Assembly (NCBI GenBank): GCA_951812755.1
Contig: OX638329.1
Span: forward strand, 5,355,563-5,419,562
Direction: 5' to 3'
DNA from: an uncultured Latescibacterota bacterium
Lineage (GTDB): Bacteria; Latescibacterota; UBA2968
Length of the DNA: 64,000 bases
Position numbers and translations under genes: made by a program. Positions 41,006 through 50,934 of the stretch are shown here, piece by piece. The notes under the pieces are model-generated. The model searched no databases. It saw only the letters and a list, made by a program, of their open reading frames with translations, and was not told where the DNA came from. The number at the start of each line of letters is the position of its first letter. Within the stretch, counting starts at the first letter, position 1.

Positions 41006-41048
41006 ATTCATATAGTTTGAAAGATATGCATAATTCCATATAATCGCG

Positions 41049-41381
41049 TCACGCATCCAACGCTTGCTCAAATGCCTCAAGGCTGGACACTTGTATCGCG
41101 GCACGGAGCAACTGCTTGAGACGTTGCAAATCGTCAATGACCGCAATGCGGGCAGAGAGCGGGTGGGCTTCACTCAGATCAAATCGAATCTCCAACACGT
41201 CGAGGATCGCTTCAATCGTGCTTCTTCTTTCGCCTTGTTCAATACCTTGCTCAATGCCTTGCCCAATACCTTGCTTCATGCCTTCCTCTCTGCCCTGCTC
41301 TCTGCCTTGCTCTCTGCCTTGCTCAATACCCAATTGCTTAATGTATTGTGCAAACGATGATTCACGCATAATTGCGTCCAT
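41049..41381 (-). CDS. Putative internal small Rpn product (RpnS-like, 110 aa)
   Basis: In-frame ATG preceded by CAGGAGGGTCTC within the Rpn gene. Confidence 0.6.
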   Translation of the reverse strand: MDAIMRESSFAQYIKQLGIEQGREQGREQGREEGMKQGIGQGIEQGIEQGERRSTIEAILDVLEIRFDLSEAHPLSARIAVIDDLQRLKQLLRAAIQVSSLEAFEQALDA

Positions 41382-42014
41382 GAGACCCTCCTGTAATAGA
41401 ATACGATTGATCAGTGTCGGATCATACTCTAATCCACCTAATATCATCAACTTGCCCAAAATGTCAACTTTTATTGATTCATCCACCGCCAGAGCATTCG
41501 TCGCGTCAACACAGTGATGCAACCACCCCTCAGAATCTATTCCAACAGGACGTTTCATCAACGGGACGAATGGAAACAAGCCCGAAGGTCCGCCATCAAT
41601 AATGTCCTGTCCCTCGATCTCACTCAGCCGAACCACTGTGTATTTTATCAAAACGCGATGGCCGGATATATCATGAATAAAGTACCCCGGATCGCGCCGA
41701 CCGGCATCGTGCCGCAAGTAGATCACACTGGAATAAATCGGCAAGTCGTGCTGCTCTATCGCACGTATAATATAGCCCGCCATGCGGAGCGGCATAGATG
41801 GATCGTCAGTCGTTTGAAACTCATGATGCACCAATGTCTCCTTGCCTGAGATATGGACGCGGATGAGGCTATCGGTATGTCGTGTATCAACCGTGTTTTG
41901 CTCTGTGTCGAGTATGTTGAGGACCTCTACATCGTCCTGTTCAAGTGTGAGGCGGATAAAGTCTTTGGGATAGGTCTGGATCAGATCTTTGGAGACAGAG
42001 TCATATTCGGCCAT
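41049..42014 (-). CDS. Rpn family recombination-promoting nuclease (PD-(D/E)XK)
   Basis: YDSVSK, TDSL, HHEFQ, MPLRM, VIYL; G(R/I)EQ 12-bp repeats; LEIRF helical C-domain. Confidence 0.88.
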   Translation of the reverse strand: MAEYDSVSKDLIQTYPKDFIRLTLEQDDVEVLNILDTEQNTVDTRHTDSLIRVHISGKETLVHHEFQTTDDPSMPLRMAGYIIRAIEQHDLPIYSSVIYLRHDAGRRDPGYFIHDISGHRVLIKYTVVRLSEIEGQDIIDGGPSGLFPFVPLMKRPVGIDSEGWLHHCVDATNALAVDESIKVDILGKLMILGGLEYDPTLINRILLQEGLMDAIMRESSFAQYIKQLGIEQGREQGREQGREEGMKQGIGQGIEQGIEQGERRSTIEAILDVLEIRFDLSEAHPLSARIAVIDDLQRLKQLLRAAIQVSSLEAFEQALDA

Positions 42015-42417
42015 GTAGGATGCCCTGGGTCTGATGAGTGAATTTTACATGCAACAGTCAGACCCTGAGCAAATATCAAGCCAACGCCACAGAAATTGAG
42101 CGATAAATTGTATGGGCAGAAATTCAAGAACCCTCATCATGCTTTTAATATGCTGTATTGCGCCCTTAGCTTGAATATAAGGATCGCCTTTGGAGGCACA
42201 TACAAACGGAATGCACCGGGATACAAAAGTGTACGTTTTGATCCATGAATGATGGGGTTCGTGAAAAATTTTTACATTTAAAAAAATAGTGGGCTACGCT
42301 GTATTCAATGTTTTTTTGAGATTGGCTGATGGCATAAACAAAAGCCCGATGGATAACCAGTCCACCGGGCTTATTCATATCGTTTGAGGGATGTGCATAA
42401 TTCCACATATAATCGCG

Positions 42418-42801
42418 TCACGCATCCAACGCTTGCTCAAATGCTTCAAGGCTGGACACCTGGATCGCCGCACGATGCAACTGCTTGAGCAGTTGCAAAT
42501 CTTCAATAGCTGCAATGCGAGCAGATAGGGGGTCTGATTCATCCAGATCAAATCGAATCTCCAACACATCCAGGAGGTCTTCAATAGCGCGTTCTCTACT
42601 TCCTTCCTCAATACCTTGTTGAGTCAAGGATTGGTAAAAGGATGACTCGCGGACGAGATCCATGACGCCCTCTTTGATGAGCGCTTTAGAAATGGTTTCA
42701 GCGTCGTAATTCAATCCGCTCAAGATCGCCATGCTTGCGAGATTATTGGCCTTAGCTAACCGAGCCGCATGGATGTGACGCTGTGCTTTCTCGTCAGGCA
42801 T
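42418..42801 (-). CDS. Stand-alone Rpn C-terminal module (internal start at 42663, 81 aa)
   Basis: RESSF..LDVLEIRFDL..AAIQVSSLEAFEQALDA; GAGGG RBS before MDLVR. Confidence 0.7.
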   Translation of the reverse strand: MPDEKAQRHIHAARLAKANNLASMAILSGLNYDAETISKALIKEGVMDLVRESSFYQSLTQQGIEEGSRERAIEDLLDVLEIRFDLDESDPLSARIAAIEDLQLLKQLHRAAIQVSSLEAFEQALDA

Positions 42802-42813
42802 TGTAAAACCCCC

Positions 42814-43068
42814 TTAATCCGTTTCATCTAATATTTGCTGAAATGCTTCGAGATTAGACACTTGGACCGCTGCGCGGTGCAACTGCTTGAGGCGTTGCAC
42901 ATCGTTGATAGTGGCAATGCGAGCAGATAGAGGATCTGATTCATCCAGATCAAATCGAATTTCTAATACGTCGAGAAGATTTTCAATAGCGCGTTTTCTA
43001 ATCCCTTGCTCAATGCCCTGTTGCTTAATGTATTGAGCAAACGATGACTCGCGCATAATAGCGTCCAT
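42814..43068 (-). CDS. Stand-alone Rpn C-terminal module (84 aa)
   Basis: CAGGAGGGTCTT-ATG MDAIMRESSF; homology continues upstream to about 43165, then breaks. Confidence 0.7.
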   Translation of the reverse strand: MDAIMRESSFAQYIKQQGIEQGIRKRAIENLLDVLEIRFDLDESDPLSARIATINDVQRLKQLHRAAVQVSNLEAFQQILDETD

Positions 43069-43222
43069 AAGACCCTCCTGTGACACGATACGACTGATTG
43101 TGCCTGGCGCGTAATCCAACCCACTCAAGATCGCCAAACCGCCCAAATGTCAACCTTAATTGAAGCATTCAAAGACGCTGCGAATCGGTCTCCCGCGCTG
43201 TGTTTAACGGCTTTTTTAAATC

Positions 43223-44332
43223 TCATCCATAAGTCCACCCGCAGTGAAATCCTTGCTGCTCTGCAATCGACATGAGAGGCTCCAGGGTTCTGCGATAGGC
43301 AAATCTCAATATTTCAAAATCCAGAGTGTGCTCGGGCTTTTCAATATGCAGATCTGTAATATAAGGCTCCACCTTCTTTTTCCATTCATTATTGCTAAAA
43401 ATATCTCGGGCGATAGACAGCGCGTTGCACTGGGTTTTAGCCAAGCAGTCAATATATTTTTCCGACGGGAGCCAGTCACGTTTAGAACTATTTGCCTGGG
43501 GATCAACGGGAATGAGATTCCACAACTGATTGTGCGCCACAAATTTCCAGGGCAAAAAGTGATCCAATGCATAATCGCTATTCAGATCTTTTCCCGTGTA
43601 AATACATTGGATATTTTTTTTGCTAATAACCTGTTTCCAAAACTTTCGCTGTACATCAGGATTCCCTCTCTGCGGGTCTGGAGGAAACAATTTTTGCGTC
43701 ACAGCAGGAATACTGGGATTGCGTCGCTGCATATAATCTGCCCAGTGCCACAGTGCCCAGCCCTCAATAATTGTCTGGTGTTGTTGCAAATAAGCAATCC
43801 AGTCTGGATGCAAAAAAATACACTTTCGGGCATCGTCAAAACGGTAAAGAGGGCGTCGTTTTCGAAAATGTTCAGCAGCAAGTTCGACAATTTTCTGATC
43901 TACTCCTTGCTCCGATCCGCTGGTCTCTGCGTCAAAAAACGGGCGCAAAATTCGCTTGGAGACATAACGCATCAATCCGTAATCCGACTTTTCGCGAGAA
44001 ACATCAACGTGTTTACGCAATTTTTTGAGTCCAGTTTTAGATAGAAAATTTTTATCATGGTCAAAATTTGGAATCCGTTCCCAAACGGAAGCAATTTTAT
44101 CCTGAATGCCAAATGACAGTTTGGAAAAGACATTTGGGTACCATGCAGTAACCAGCATCTCAATCTCTATATCTCTCAGCGAAATACCATCATCAATCTC
44201 GAAATCTCTGTCCTTTAGCAAAGTCAATAGAGAAAGAAAAAAGAGATACTTGTACGAAGTGGCCTTATTTCTAAACAATCTACTCAGTGCTGCAATATCA
44301 AGTTGATCTGAATGTGGTAATTGTTGAGTCAT
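43223..44332 (-). CDS. HNH endonuclease domain protein
   Basis: NKATSYKYLF N-domain; CIYTG, LDHFLPW, WNLIP, NSSK. Confidence 0.85.
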   Translation of the reverse strand: MTQQLPHSDQLDIAALSRLFRNKATSYKYLFFLSLLTLLKDRDFEIDDGISLRDIEIEMLVTAWYPNVFSKLSFGIQDKIASVWERIPNFDHDKNFLSKTGLKKLRKHVDVSREKSDYGLMRYVSKRILRPFFDAETSGSEQGVDQKIVELAAEHFRKRRPLYRFDDARKCIFLHPDWIAYLQQHQTIIEGWALWHWADYMQRRNPSIPAVTQKLFPPDPQRGNPDVQRKFWKQVISKKNIQCIYTGKDLNSDYALDHFLPWKFVAHNQLWNLIPVDPQANSSKRDWLPSEKYIDCLAKTQCNALSIARDIFSNNEWKKKVEPYITDLHIEKPEHTLDFEILRFAYRRTLEPLMSIAEQQGFHCGWTYG

Positions 44333-44355
44333 AGAGGATCATTCCGTTACAGATG

Positions 44356-44595
44356 TCAGACTTTACCACCCGTACCAGAAGGTACTGCGCTATTTTCTTT
44401 TGTGACGCGAATCAAAAATCGCAGTGCCTCATTTACAGACTCTGCGTCTGGAAACACCTCGGCAACATCGGGCGCTAACTGGACAACGGATCTACCAAAG
44501 TGCTTGCGCTCGGGGCCAACCCTTCTCACCTCTAAGGCTCGCAAATCATACTCTGACCGAAGTTCATCCTGTGTTGTTGTCTCATCCTTCTTCAT
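44356..44595 (-). CDS. BrnA-like antitoxin
   Basis: DELRSEYD...LAPDVAEVFPDAESVNEALR; overlaps the toxin stop. Confidence 0.75.
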   Translation of the reverse strand: MKKDETTTQDELRSEYDLRALEVRRVGPERKHFGRSVVQLAPDVAEVFPDAESVNEALRFLIRVTKENSAVPSGTGGKV

Positions 44596-44860
44596 AAGCT
44601 TGTCTCTCCTTGCGGGTTGTTTCTCTTGCACTAATCAAACGAATCGCATCTTCGCGCTCAGCGTATGATACAATTAACAAACGACCGAGCTTTGATTGTC
44701 CGACGATAATATACCGATGCTCATCATAAGAGTGGTCGGGATCGTAGAAATCAACATAAAGTGCATCTTCAAAGACAGTTTTTGCTTCATCAAATGCCAC
44801 ACCGTGCTTTGACAGATTCGCGGCTGCTTTATTCTTATCCCACTCAAATTCCATTGACAT
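44582..44860 (-). CDS. BrnT family toxin (DUF497)
   Basis: FEWDKNKAAANLSKHGVAF...IRLISAR. Confidence 0.92.
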   Translation of the reverse strand: MSMEFEWDKNKAAANLSKHGVAFDEAKTVFEDALYVDFYDPDHSYDEHRYIIVGQSKLGRLLIVSYAEREDAIRLISARETTRKERQAYEEG

Positions 44861-44918
44861 AAGCCAAAAACCCGATATATCAGAGAGATCGCTCCCTGCG
44901 CTTCAGCGATCAAAATTA

Positions 44919-45243
44919 TCATTTTAGTGTGTCGGACATTTCTACGATTCGATCAATGAGTGGGCGATAAGTCGAGTTATGTAAATGTTCTTTGTACCAT
45001 TCCGAATATGTTCCTGCTTCTAAGTGTTCTTGAATCATTCGATTTTCTTCCAGTAATGTCCATAGATTATGGGTAGCTCGGTTACAACAGCCATAGATAC
45101 GGTTTGCTTTAAGACCATCTATCCCATATTGTTGACAGACGGGACATTGACATTCTATCAATCTTTTCCATGCTCGTTGACTTGGCTTGTGTATTTTCCA
45201 ATTACCAAGTTCAGCCTACTGCACGATCTCCAATGCCCGGCAG
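44919..45243 (-). pseudogene. C-terminal remnant of a tRNA-guanine transglycosylase-like protein
   Basis: CQCPVC..HNL zinc site; upstream LPGIGDRAV joins AELGNW only via a +1 frameshift; N-terminus absent. Confidence 0.6.
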
Positions 45244-45301
45244 GCACTAATCAATATACTCAAGGGGTTGAGATTCCACAAGTTGACAGACAGTTCCACA
45301 C

Positions 45302-45346
45302 AACAATAGCCCGATGAATAACTGATCCCCCGGGCTATTGTTTTTT
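45302..45346. terminator. Hairpin terminator after the ABC permease
   Basis: AACAATAGCCCG/CGGGCTATTGTT 12-bp stem. Confidence 0.7.
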
Positions 45347-45358
45347 CATTATCCCAAT

Positions 45359-47815
45359 CTATTCATGCCGTAGTGCTTCCACCGGATTGGACAGAGCTAC
45401 GCGAAGGGCGTGAAAACTCACAGTAAATAACGCAATCGCCAATGCAACCGCGCCACTCAAAACAAATATCCACCATGAAAGATCCGTGCGATACGCAAAG
45501 CCATCCAGCCAACTTCGCATCGCAAAATACGCAACCGGCCATGCAAACAGATTCGCAATCAAAACCATAATTGCAAATGTTCTGGAAACCAAAATCACAA
45601 TATTTGACACACTCGCACCCAAAACCTTTCGCACCCCAATTTCTTTCACGCGCTGCTCAATCGCAAATGCCGCAAGACCAAACAGCCCCATACACGCGAG
45701 CAAAATCGCCATTCCTGAAGAGAGTAATGTAAGTGCCTGCGCCCGTTGTTCTGCAGAGTACATATATTCAAACTGCTGATCCCACATCATATATTCAAAT
45801 GCCTGATCCGCAGGGGCGAAACGCTTCCAGGTCTTTTCAAAAAAAACGAGCGTCTCTTCCATGCCTTCGGCTTTGACGCGCACGCCCAAACTGTAAAATT
45901 GCTGGTGCCGAAGCGTCAGTGCAACAGGACCAATTTTTTCTTGCAACGGACCGTAGTGAAAGTCTTGCACAACGCCAATCACCGTCCCCTTTCGATTTCT
46001 CTCTCGATCAACCCACTCAAAAGACTTGCCAATGGGATCATCCCAGCCGAGCCGCTCAACTGCCGTTTCATTGATGATAAAGGCTTTTGACGTATCTGTG
46101 GGAAATGCAATCGGATCAAATTTGCGTCCTTCTACCAATTCAACTTGAAACACATCGAGATAATCTTCATCGACCTCCAGAAGCGGCATGCGCCAGTCTG
46201 TACCCTCATGCCCCTCTGCTCGAATCGTTCGGATAATACCTCCACTCCATCCAACCCGCCAGCGATAAGCCGTTGCTTCGAGCGCGTTCGGATGGGCGAG
46301 GAATGCTTCTTTCACCGTAGCATAACGGGCAGCGAGCTTTTGCTCCGGATCCAATTTTGTTTCCTGATCGAGAACAAATATGGGCATGAGCACCATCTGC
46401 TCCATATTAAGACCCAGATGTTTATTTTTAATATAATCGAGTTGCTGATAAATCACCCCCGTACTCGCGATCAGAATAATTGAAATAGCAAATTGTGCCA
46501 CCACCAATCCCCTCCGAATCCACTGCCCCCGCGAACCCGCACGGAATGCCCCTTTTAGCGTTTCTGTGGGTTCATACGCAGAAAGAAAAAACGCGGGATA
46601 GACACCGGCAAATATCCCGACGAATACAGCAATACCAATCAAGGCAATTGCGAGCAAGGGATCACTCGACAAATTGAACTCGATCTGCTTGTAGAAAAAG
46701 GCATTAAACTCGGGAAGCACAAGTTCGACGGCACTAAGCGCGAGAACAAGCGCAATCAATGCCATGAGAACAGACTCGCCCAAAAACTGACTCATCAGTT
46801 GTGAACGATACGCACCCGACACCTTTCGCAAACCCACCTCGTGCGCCCTGCGAGCCGATTGCGCCGTAGTCAAATTTGTAAAATTAATACATCCAATCGC
46901 GAGCACCAGAACTGCAATAGCACCAAATTGATAGACGCGATCAATATCGCCGTACCAATCCAGATTGTAGTCCTGTCTCGAATAGAGATGAATGTGGTCA
47001 AGAGGCTGGAGATGATACGCATTTGTGCGCGCGATCTCTGCGCCCATATAGCGATCCATAAATTCGGGGAGCTTTGCGGACAGCGCCCTGAGATCCGCCC
47101 CTTCTCGCAGCAGAAGATATGTATTGACGGGACGCCAGCCATCGGTTGGTATCCAATCTTCCCAGAGGTATTTCGCGCCTTCGGACGCGAATCCGCCTGT
47201 TCCGATATAATCGATATAATCGGTTTCACCGTAGCGACTGAGTGTAGAATTGCGAGGCACATCTTTTATTATAGCAGTGATGGTGCGCTCGCCTCCGTGA
47301 TGCTTGCTTTCAGAGGTAATGGTCTTGCCAATCGGATCTTCGTCTCCAAATAACCGCTTTGCCCCTGATTCTGTTATAGCAATGGCATTGGGATTGGGAA
47401 ATGCAGTTTCGAGATTGCCACGCACAAATGGAAAGTCGAAAATTTCAAACAACTCGGGATCAACAATACAGATGCTCAGTGGAAATTTTTTTTCTCCCAG
47501 GCTTACGTCTATGAAATCGACCCATACGCGCACGGCTTTCTCCACTTCGGGAAAATCCCGCTCAAGTGCCCCTGCCAGTGCGCCCGACGTATCGGGCAAA
47601 TAATTCGATTGTCCCCCAGCCTTAGTCTCCCGCATCACGCGATAGATCCGATCACCTTTTGCATGCCAACTGTCAAAACTCAACTCGTCCTGAATATAGA
47701 GCACGATCAAAATGCACGTGCTCAAACCAATGGCAAGCCCCAGAATATTAATAGCACTAAAGGTTTTTTGCCGCTTGAGATTTCTTAGAGCGATAATCAG
47801 GTAATTTCTGAACAC
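45359..47815 (-). CDS. MacB/FtsX-type duplicated ABC permease (orphan)
   Basis: MFRNYLIIALRNL, EVGLRKVSGA, KEIGVRKVLGA, NPVEALRHE. Confidence 0.93.
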   Translation of the reverse strand: MFRNYLIIALRNLKRQKTFSAINILGLAIGLSTCILIVLYIQDELSFDSWHAKGDRIYRVMRETKAGGQSNYLPDTSGALAGALERDFPEVEKAVRVWVDFIDVSLGEKKFPLSICIVDPELFEIFDFPFVRGNLETAFPNPNAIAITESGAKRLFGDEDPIGKTITSESKHHGGERTITAIIKDVPRNSTLSRYGETDYIDYIGTGGFASEGAKYLWEDWIPTDGWRPVNTYLLLREGADLRALSAKLPEFMDRYMGAEIARTNAYHLQPLDHIHLYSRQDYNLDWYGDIDRVYQFGAIAVLVLAIGCINFTNLTTAQSARRAHEVGLRKVSGAYRSQLMSQFLGESVLMALIALVLALSAVELVLPEFNAFFYKQIEFNLSSDPLLAIALIGIAVFVGIFAGVYPAFFLSAYEPTETLKGAFRAGSRGQWIRRGLVVAQFAISIILIASTGVIYQQLDYIKNKHLGLNMEQMVLMPIFVLDQETKLDPEQKLAARYATVKEAFLAHPNALEATAYRWRVGWSGGIIRTIRAEGHEGTDWRMPLLEVDEDYLDVFQVELVEGRKFDPIAFPTDTSKAFIINETAVERLGWDDPIGKSFEWVDRERNRKGTVIGVVQDFHYGPLQEKIGPVALTLRHQQFYSLGVRVKAEGMEETLVFFEKTWKRFAPADQAFEYMMWDQQFEYMYSAEQRAQALTLLSSGMAILLACMGLFGLAAFAIEQRVKEIGVRKVLGASVSNIVILVSRTFAIMVLIANLFAWPVAYFAMRSWLDGFAYRTDLSWWIFVLSGAVALAIALFTVSFHALRVALSNPVEALRHE

Positions 47816-47914
47816 GATAACCCTCCCCCGTTACAAGTAGAACGAATTAAAAACTATTAACCCATTAGACACACCAGAAAAATAATGGGGTGGAAAGTTT
47901 CCACCCAAAAAGAA

Positions 47915-47931
47915 AGCAATTTCTGTGCCAA
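47915..47931 (-). promoter_or_regulatory. Sigma54 promoter TTGGCACAGAAATTGCT
   Basis: Consensus -24/-12 about 100 nt upstream of the permease. Confidence 0.8.
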
Positions 47932-47993
47932 AATTCTCTTCTCTATATTTTACAATCAGTTATGAAATTTGTGTCCTGAGCGCAGTTTAATAA

Positions 47994-48033
47994 GTGTCCG
48001 ATTTTGATACAGTGGTGTCCGAAAATGAACACC
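47994..48033. promoter_or_regulatory. Tandem imperfect palindromes GTGTCCGA..(GAT/GAAC)AC, probable activator sites
   Basis: GTGTCCGATTTTGATACA and GGTGTCCGAAAATGAACACC upstream of the sigma54 promoter. Confidence 0.55.
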
Positions 48034-48154
48034 TAAAATAAAAATCAGGCACATTGTTTTGATCTCAATGTGCCTGCTGTATTACCCACAGAACTATTAT
48101 TTATTAGAATGGATTCAAAGTTTTTAGTCATGCCTCCATTACCTGGATTGACGA

Positions 48155-49066
48155 TCAGCGCTGGATACGCAATGCTTCCATCTTGCTCTTTATGAGCGCA
48201 ACCAATTCTTGATTCCCTGATCGGACAGCATACCCCAGGGCAGTCCATCCCTCGAAGTCTTGCTCATACACATCTGCGCCGTAACTGAGCAAGAGACGCG
48301 CCATAGCAATATCTCCCATCATGGCAGCTTGCATCAGGGGCGTCTGTCCCTTTGCCCCCTGCACATTAATATTCATCCCATCTTCTCGACTGAGAAGTGC
48401 TTCCACTAAGTCCAGGCGACCAGACTCAACAGCCACAATCAGCACCAAAGAATCACCCTGCGTTCTAACTATGGTACACGCGGTGCGAGAGATGCTATTA
48501 TCTGTCTTCGCCTCAAAGTAGTACACCCCTGAGGGAATTATCTCGCCGGCTGAAGTTACCCCATTCCAGAAATAGGCATCGTCCCAAACCTTTCCATCCT
48601 CCCTTGTTTCCGAATAAATGATCTTACCTTCTATAGAGCGGACTGATACAGATGTTGCAGCATTGGTGGTCATGTTCACGTCTAAGTCACCAGTGCCATC
48701 CCAGGTTATTAGCTGATGATTGGGCAGTCCATTTCTCACGAGTGGAAGAAAATAGGGGTTAAGCATTGTAGAAGACTCTGCAATATCCAAAATTGTCTGC
48801 CCATCTTGATCTATCGCAAGACGATCCGCGCCAGCCTCAAGAAGAGCCCTTATTATTCCACCAAAGTTTTCCCCAACCGCATAATAGAGCGGCGTCCTAC
48901 CACCGCCATCGAATATTGTGTCTGGATCTGCACCCAACGCGATTAAACGTCGTACCTCCTGCACATTTCTACCGAGAATTGCTTGAAACAGATCATTGAC
49001 TTCTGCATCTGCATCCCCGCAAAGCCCACATAAAAAGAAACTCACAAACAGAATCCTGATAATCAT
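48155..49066 (-). CDS. Secreted ankyrin-repeat protein with central FlgD-Ig-like domain
   Basis: Signal peptide (ADA-EV); RTPLYYA and QTPLMQA repeats; WNG...PSGVYY. Confidence 0.8.
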   Translation of the reverse strand: MIIRILFVSFFLCGLCGDADAEVNDLFQAILGRNVQEVRRLIALGADPDTIFDGGGRTPLYYAVGENFGGIIRALLEAGADRLAIDQDGQTILDIAESSTMLNPYFLPLVRNGLPNHQLITWDGTGDLDVNMTTNAATSVSVRSIEGKIIYSETREDGKVWDDAYFWNGVTSAGEIIPSGVYYFEAKTDNSISRTACTIVRTQGDSLVLIVAVESGRLDLVEALLSREDGMNINVQGAKGQTPLMQAAMMGDIAMARLLLSYGADVYEQDFEGWTALGYAVRSGNQELVALIKSKMEALRIQR

Positions 49067-49096
49067 TGGTCACTCCCAATAGCAAAACACAACAGG

Positions 49097-50881
49097 TCAA
49101 ATCACCAACCGCTTCATCTCGTGCTTCTTAGCGAAATACACATTATTTCCCATCACAGGACCGGGGACTTGGAAAGCGCCTTCTTCCTCGTAAAGGGAAG
49201 TAATCGCGCGGTGGGCTGGATCGAACGCATAAAAAGACCCCGTCGTAAAACCGTATATCTTCCCATCTGGACCATTCTGAAGACCCAGATCCAGAGGACG
49301 CCCATCTAAGGGAACCGCATAGAGAAACGCCCGCGAAACAGGATCAAACGCAAACAGAACAGGACCATCATCGCCCAGAGCAGTCCCATACAACAAACCA
49401 TCCTCACCGACAACAAGCGCATTAATCGCCGAAATCTGCCTATCCAGCGTCCCCTCCCAAGCCTTCTCTTCCCGCTCATAATCCCACAAAAACAACACCG
49501 CCTGTGAAACCCGCGGACGGGTACCAGACCCGCCGTTAATCGTCGTCCCCACAGCAAGCAAACCCTGGCGAGACAGCCATGCCAGCGACCAGCAACTCGC
49601 CTCACCAGCAATATCGCGGTAAGACCCAAACTGCTCCGTGCCCGGATCAAACCACGACAACGGACCGCCCCACAGGCCGTAATCCGGAACAGACGCAATC
49701 CACACCCGCCCCATCGGACCCGTCACCATCGAACGAGGGCGATAAGACACCTCATCTACACGCTCCAGGTCACGCGGATTGCTATCAGCCTCCAACCCAA
49801 AACGGTACGGACGCGAAGGATCATACACCGACAGCCTGGCACCGGGATAAGAACAAATATAGAGCTTCCCATCCAAATTCCCCATCGAATACGCCTCTCC
49901 GGTCGCCGTAGAACAAACCCCCAGATCCGTCATCTCACCCGAAGAAGGCACATACCGAAACAAATGCAACGGCAAAATACTCGACCCGTAGATATTGTCA
50001 TCCGGACCGCGATGCATCAAAAACAACTCGCTCCCCGCCGATTTGTATGTAATAGGCAACCGCCTCGTCTCGCCCGTCTCGGGCTGTCTCATCTCAACCA
50101 CGCGGTACATCTGCTCATCACGATCCGCAAAATCCACAACCGCGCCATCGGACATCGTCGGCAACGACGCAGGCTCGGGAAGCGACGCCACCCGAACCGC
50201 CTCAAACCCCGCCAGGCGAAAATTGCCCTCAGACGACTGAATATAAAGCGATCCATCGGACGCCCGCATCAACGACGACGCCCCACCATCCTCCTTCGAC
50301 ACAACCGGTCCCACCGCTTGACGAACACCCGTCCTCGGATCGAGCACCACCACATGGGGTCGCGTCATCTTAATATCGCATGCAATCGTCCCATCGGGAG
50401 CACACATCGGATAACAATACATATCCGTCTCATCCATCCGCCCATATCGCACAAACTCACCCGTCTTCGGATCGTAACTCGTCAGCCCCGCCGAACCGTA
50501 ACATCCGATCCACAGCACCCCCTGGGCATCCTCATCAATACGGCAGGGAAACGTATCATCCGGCAAATTAATCGCCCCCAAATTATCCAAACACCCTGCC
50601 TTTGGATCATAGCAAAACAAATAACCCGCGTACGCCGCCCCAATATAAATCACACCACTTCGGCTCAGCAGCATAGCCGTCGGATAATGCGCCGAAGGCA
50701 GCATCGCCGTCACCTGATCCGTATCACCCGTAATCGGATCCACCTTCACCACCATAAAACCATCTGCCTGCTGGCCCATCACAGCCACCAGACAATCGCG
50801 AGCCTCTGCATCCAGCGCCGGAAAAATACGCACCCAGTTGACACTGCGGATCGGCACGCCAAGAGTATGGACAGAAGACAC
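49097..50881 (-). CDS. Hypothetical beta-propeller protein
   Basis: Recurrent YDP..G, GPDG.IYG blade motifs. Confidence 0.65.
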   Translation of the reverse strand: MSSVHTLGVPIRSVNWVRIFPALDAEARDCLVAVMGQQADGFMVVKVDPITGDTDQVTAMLPSAHYPTAMLLSRSGVIYIGAAYAGYLFCYDPKAGCLDNLGAINLPDDTFPCRIDEDAQGVLWIGCYGSAGLTSYDPKTGEFVRYGRMDETDMYCYPMCAPDGTIACDIKMTRPHVVVLDPRTGVRQAVGPVVSKEDGGASSLMRASDGSLYIQSSEGNFRLAGFEAVRVASLPEPASLPTMSDGAVVDFADRDEQMYRVVEMRQPETGETRRLPITYKSAGSELFLMHRGPDDNIYGSSILPLHLFRYVPSSGEMTDLGVCSTATGEAYSMGNLDGKLYICSYPGARLSVYDPSRPYRFGLEADSNPRDLERVDEVSYRPRSMVTGPMGRVWIASVPDYGLWGGPLSWFDPGTEQFGSYRDIAGEASCWSLAWLSRQGLLAVGTTINGGSGTRPRVSQAVLFLWDYEREEKAWEGTLDRQISAINALVVGEDGLLYGTALGDDGPVLFAFDPVSRAFLYAVPLDGRPLDLGLQNGPDGKIYGFTTGSFYAFDPAHRAITSLYEEEGAFQVPGPVMGNNVYFAKKHEMKRLVI

Positions 50882-50934
50882 GACACACCCCCAAAAAAAA
50901 TGGAATGACCCGTTTTTGGATCATCCCACAACAA

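Noticed and set aside
41049-42014. Rpn as an active IS transposase mobilising the MITEs
   Set aside because: No terminal repeats around it, and Rpn proteins are not shown to be DDE transposases; no transposase is visible in the window
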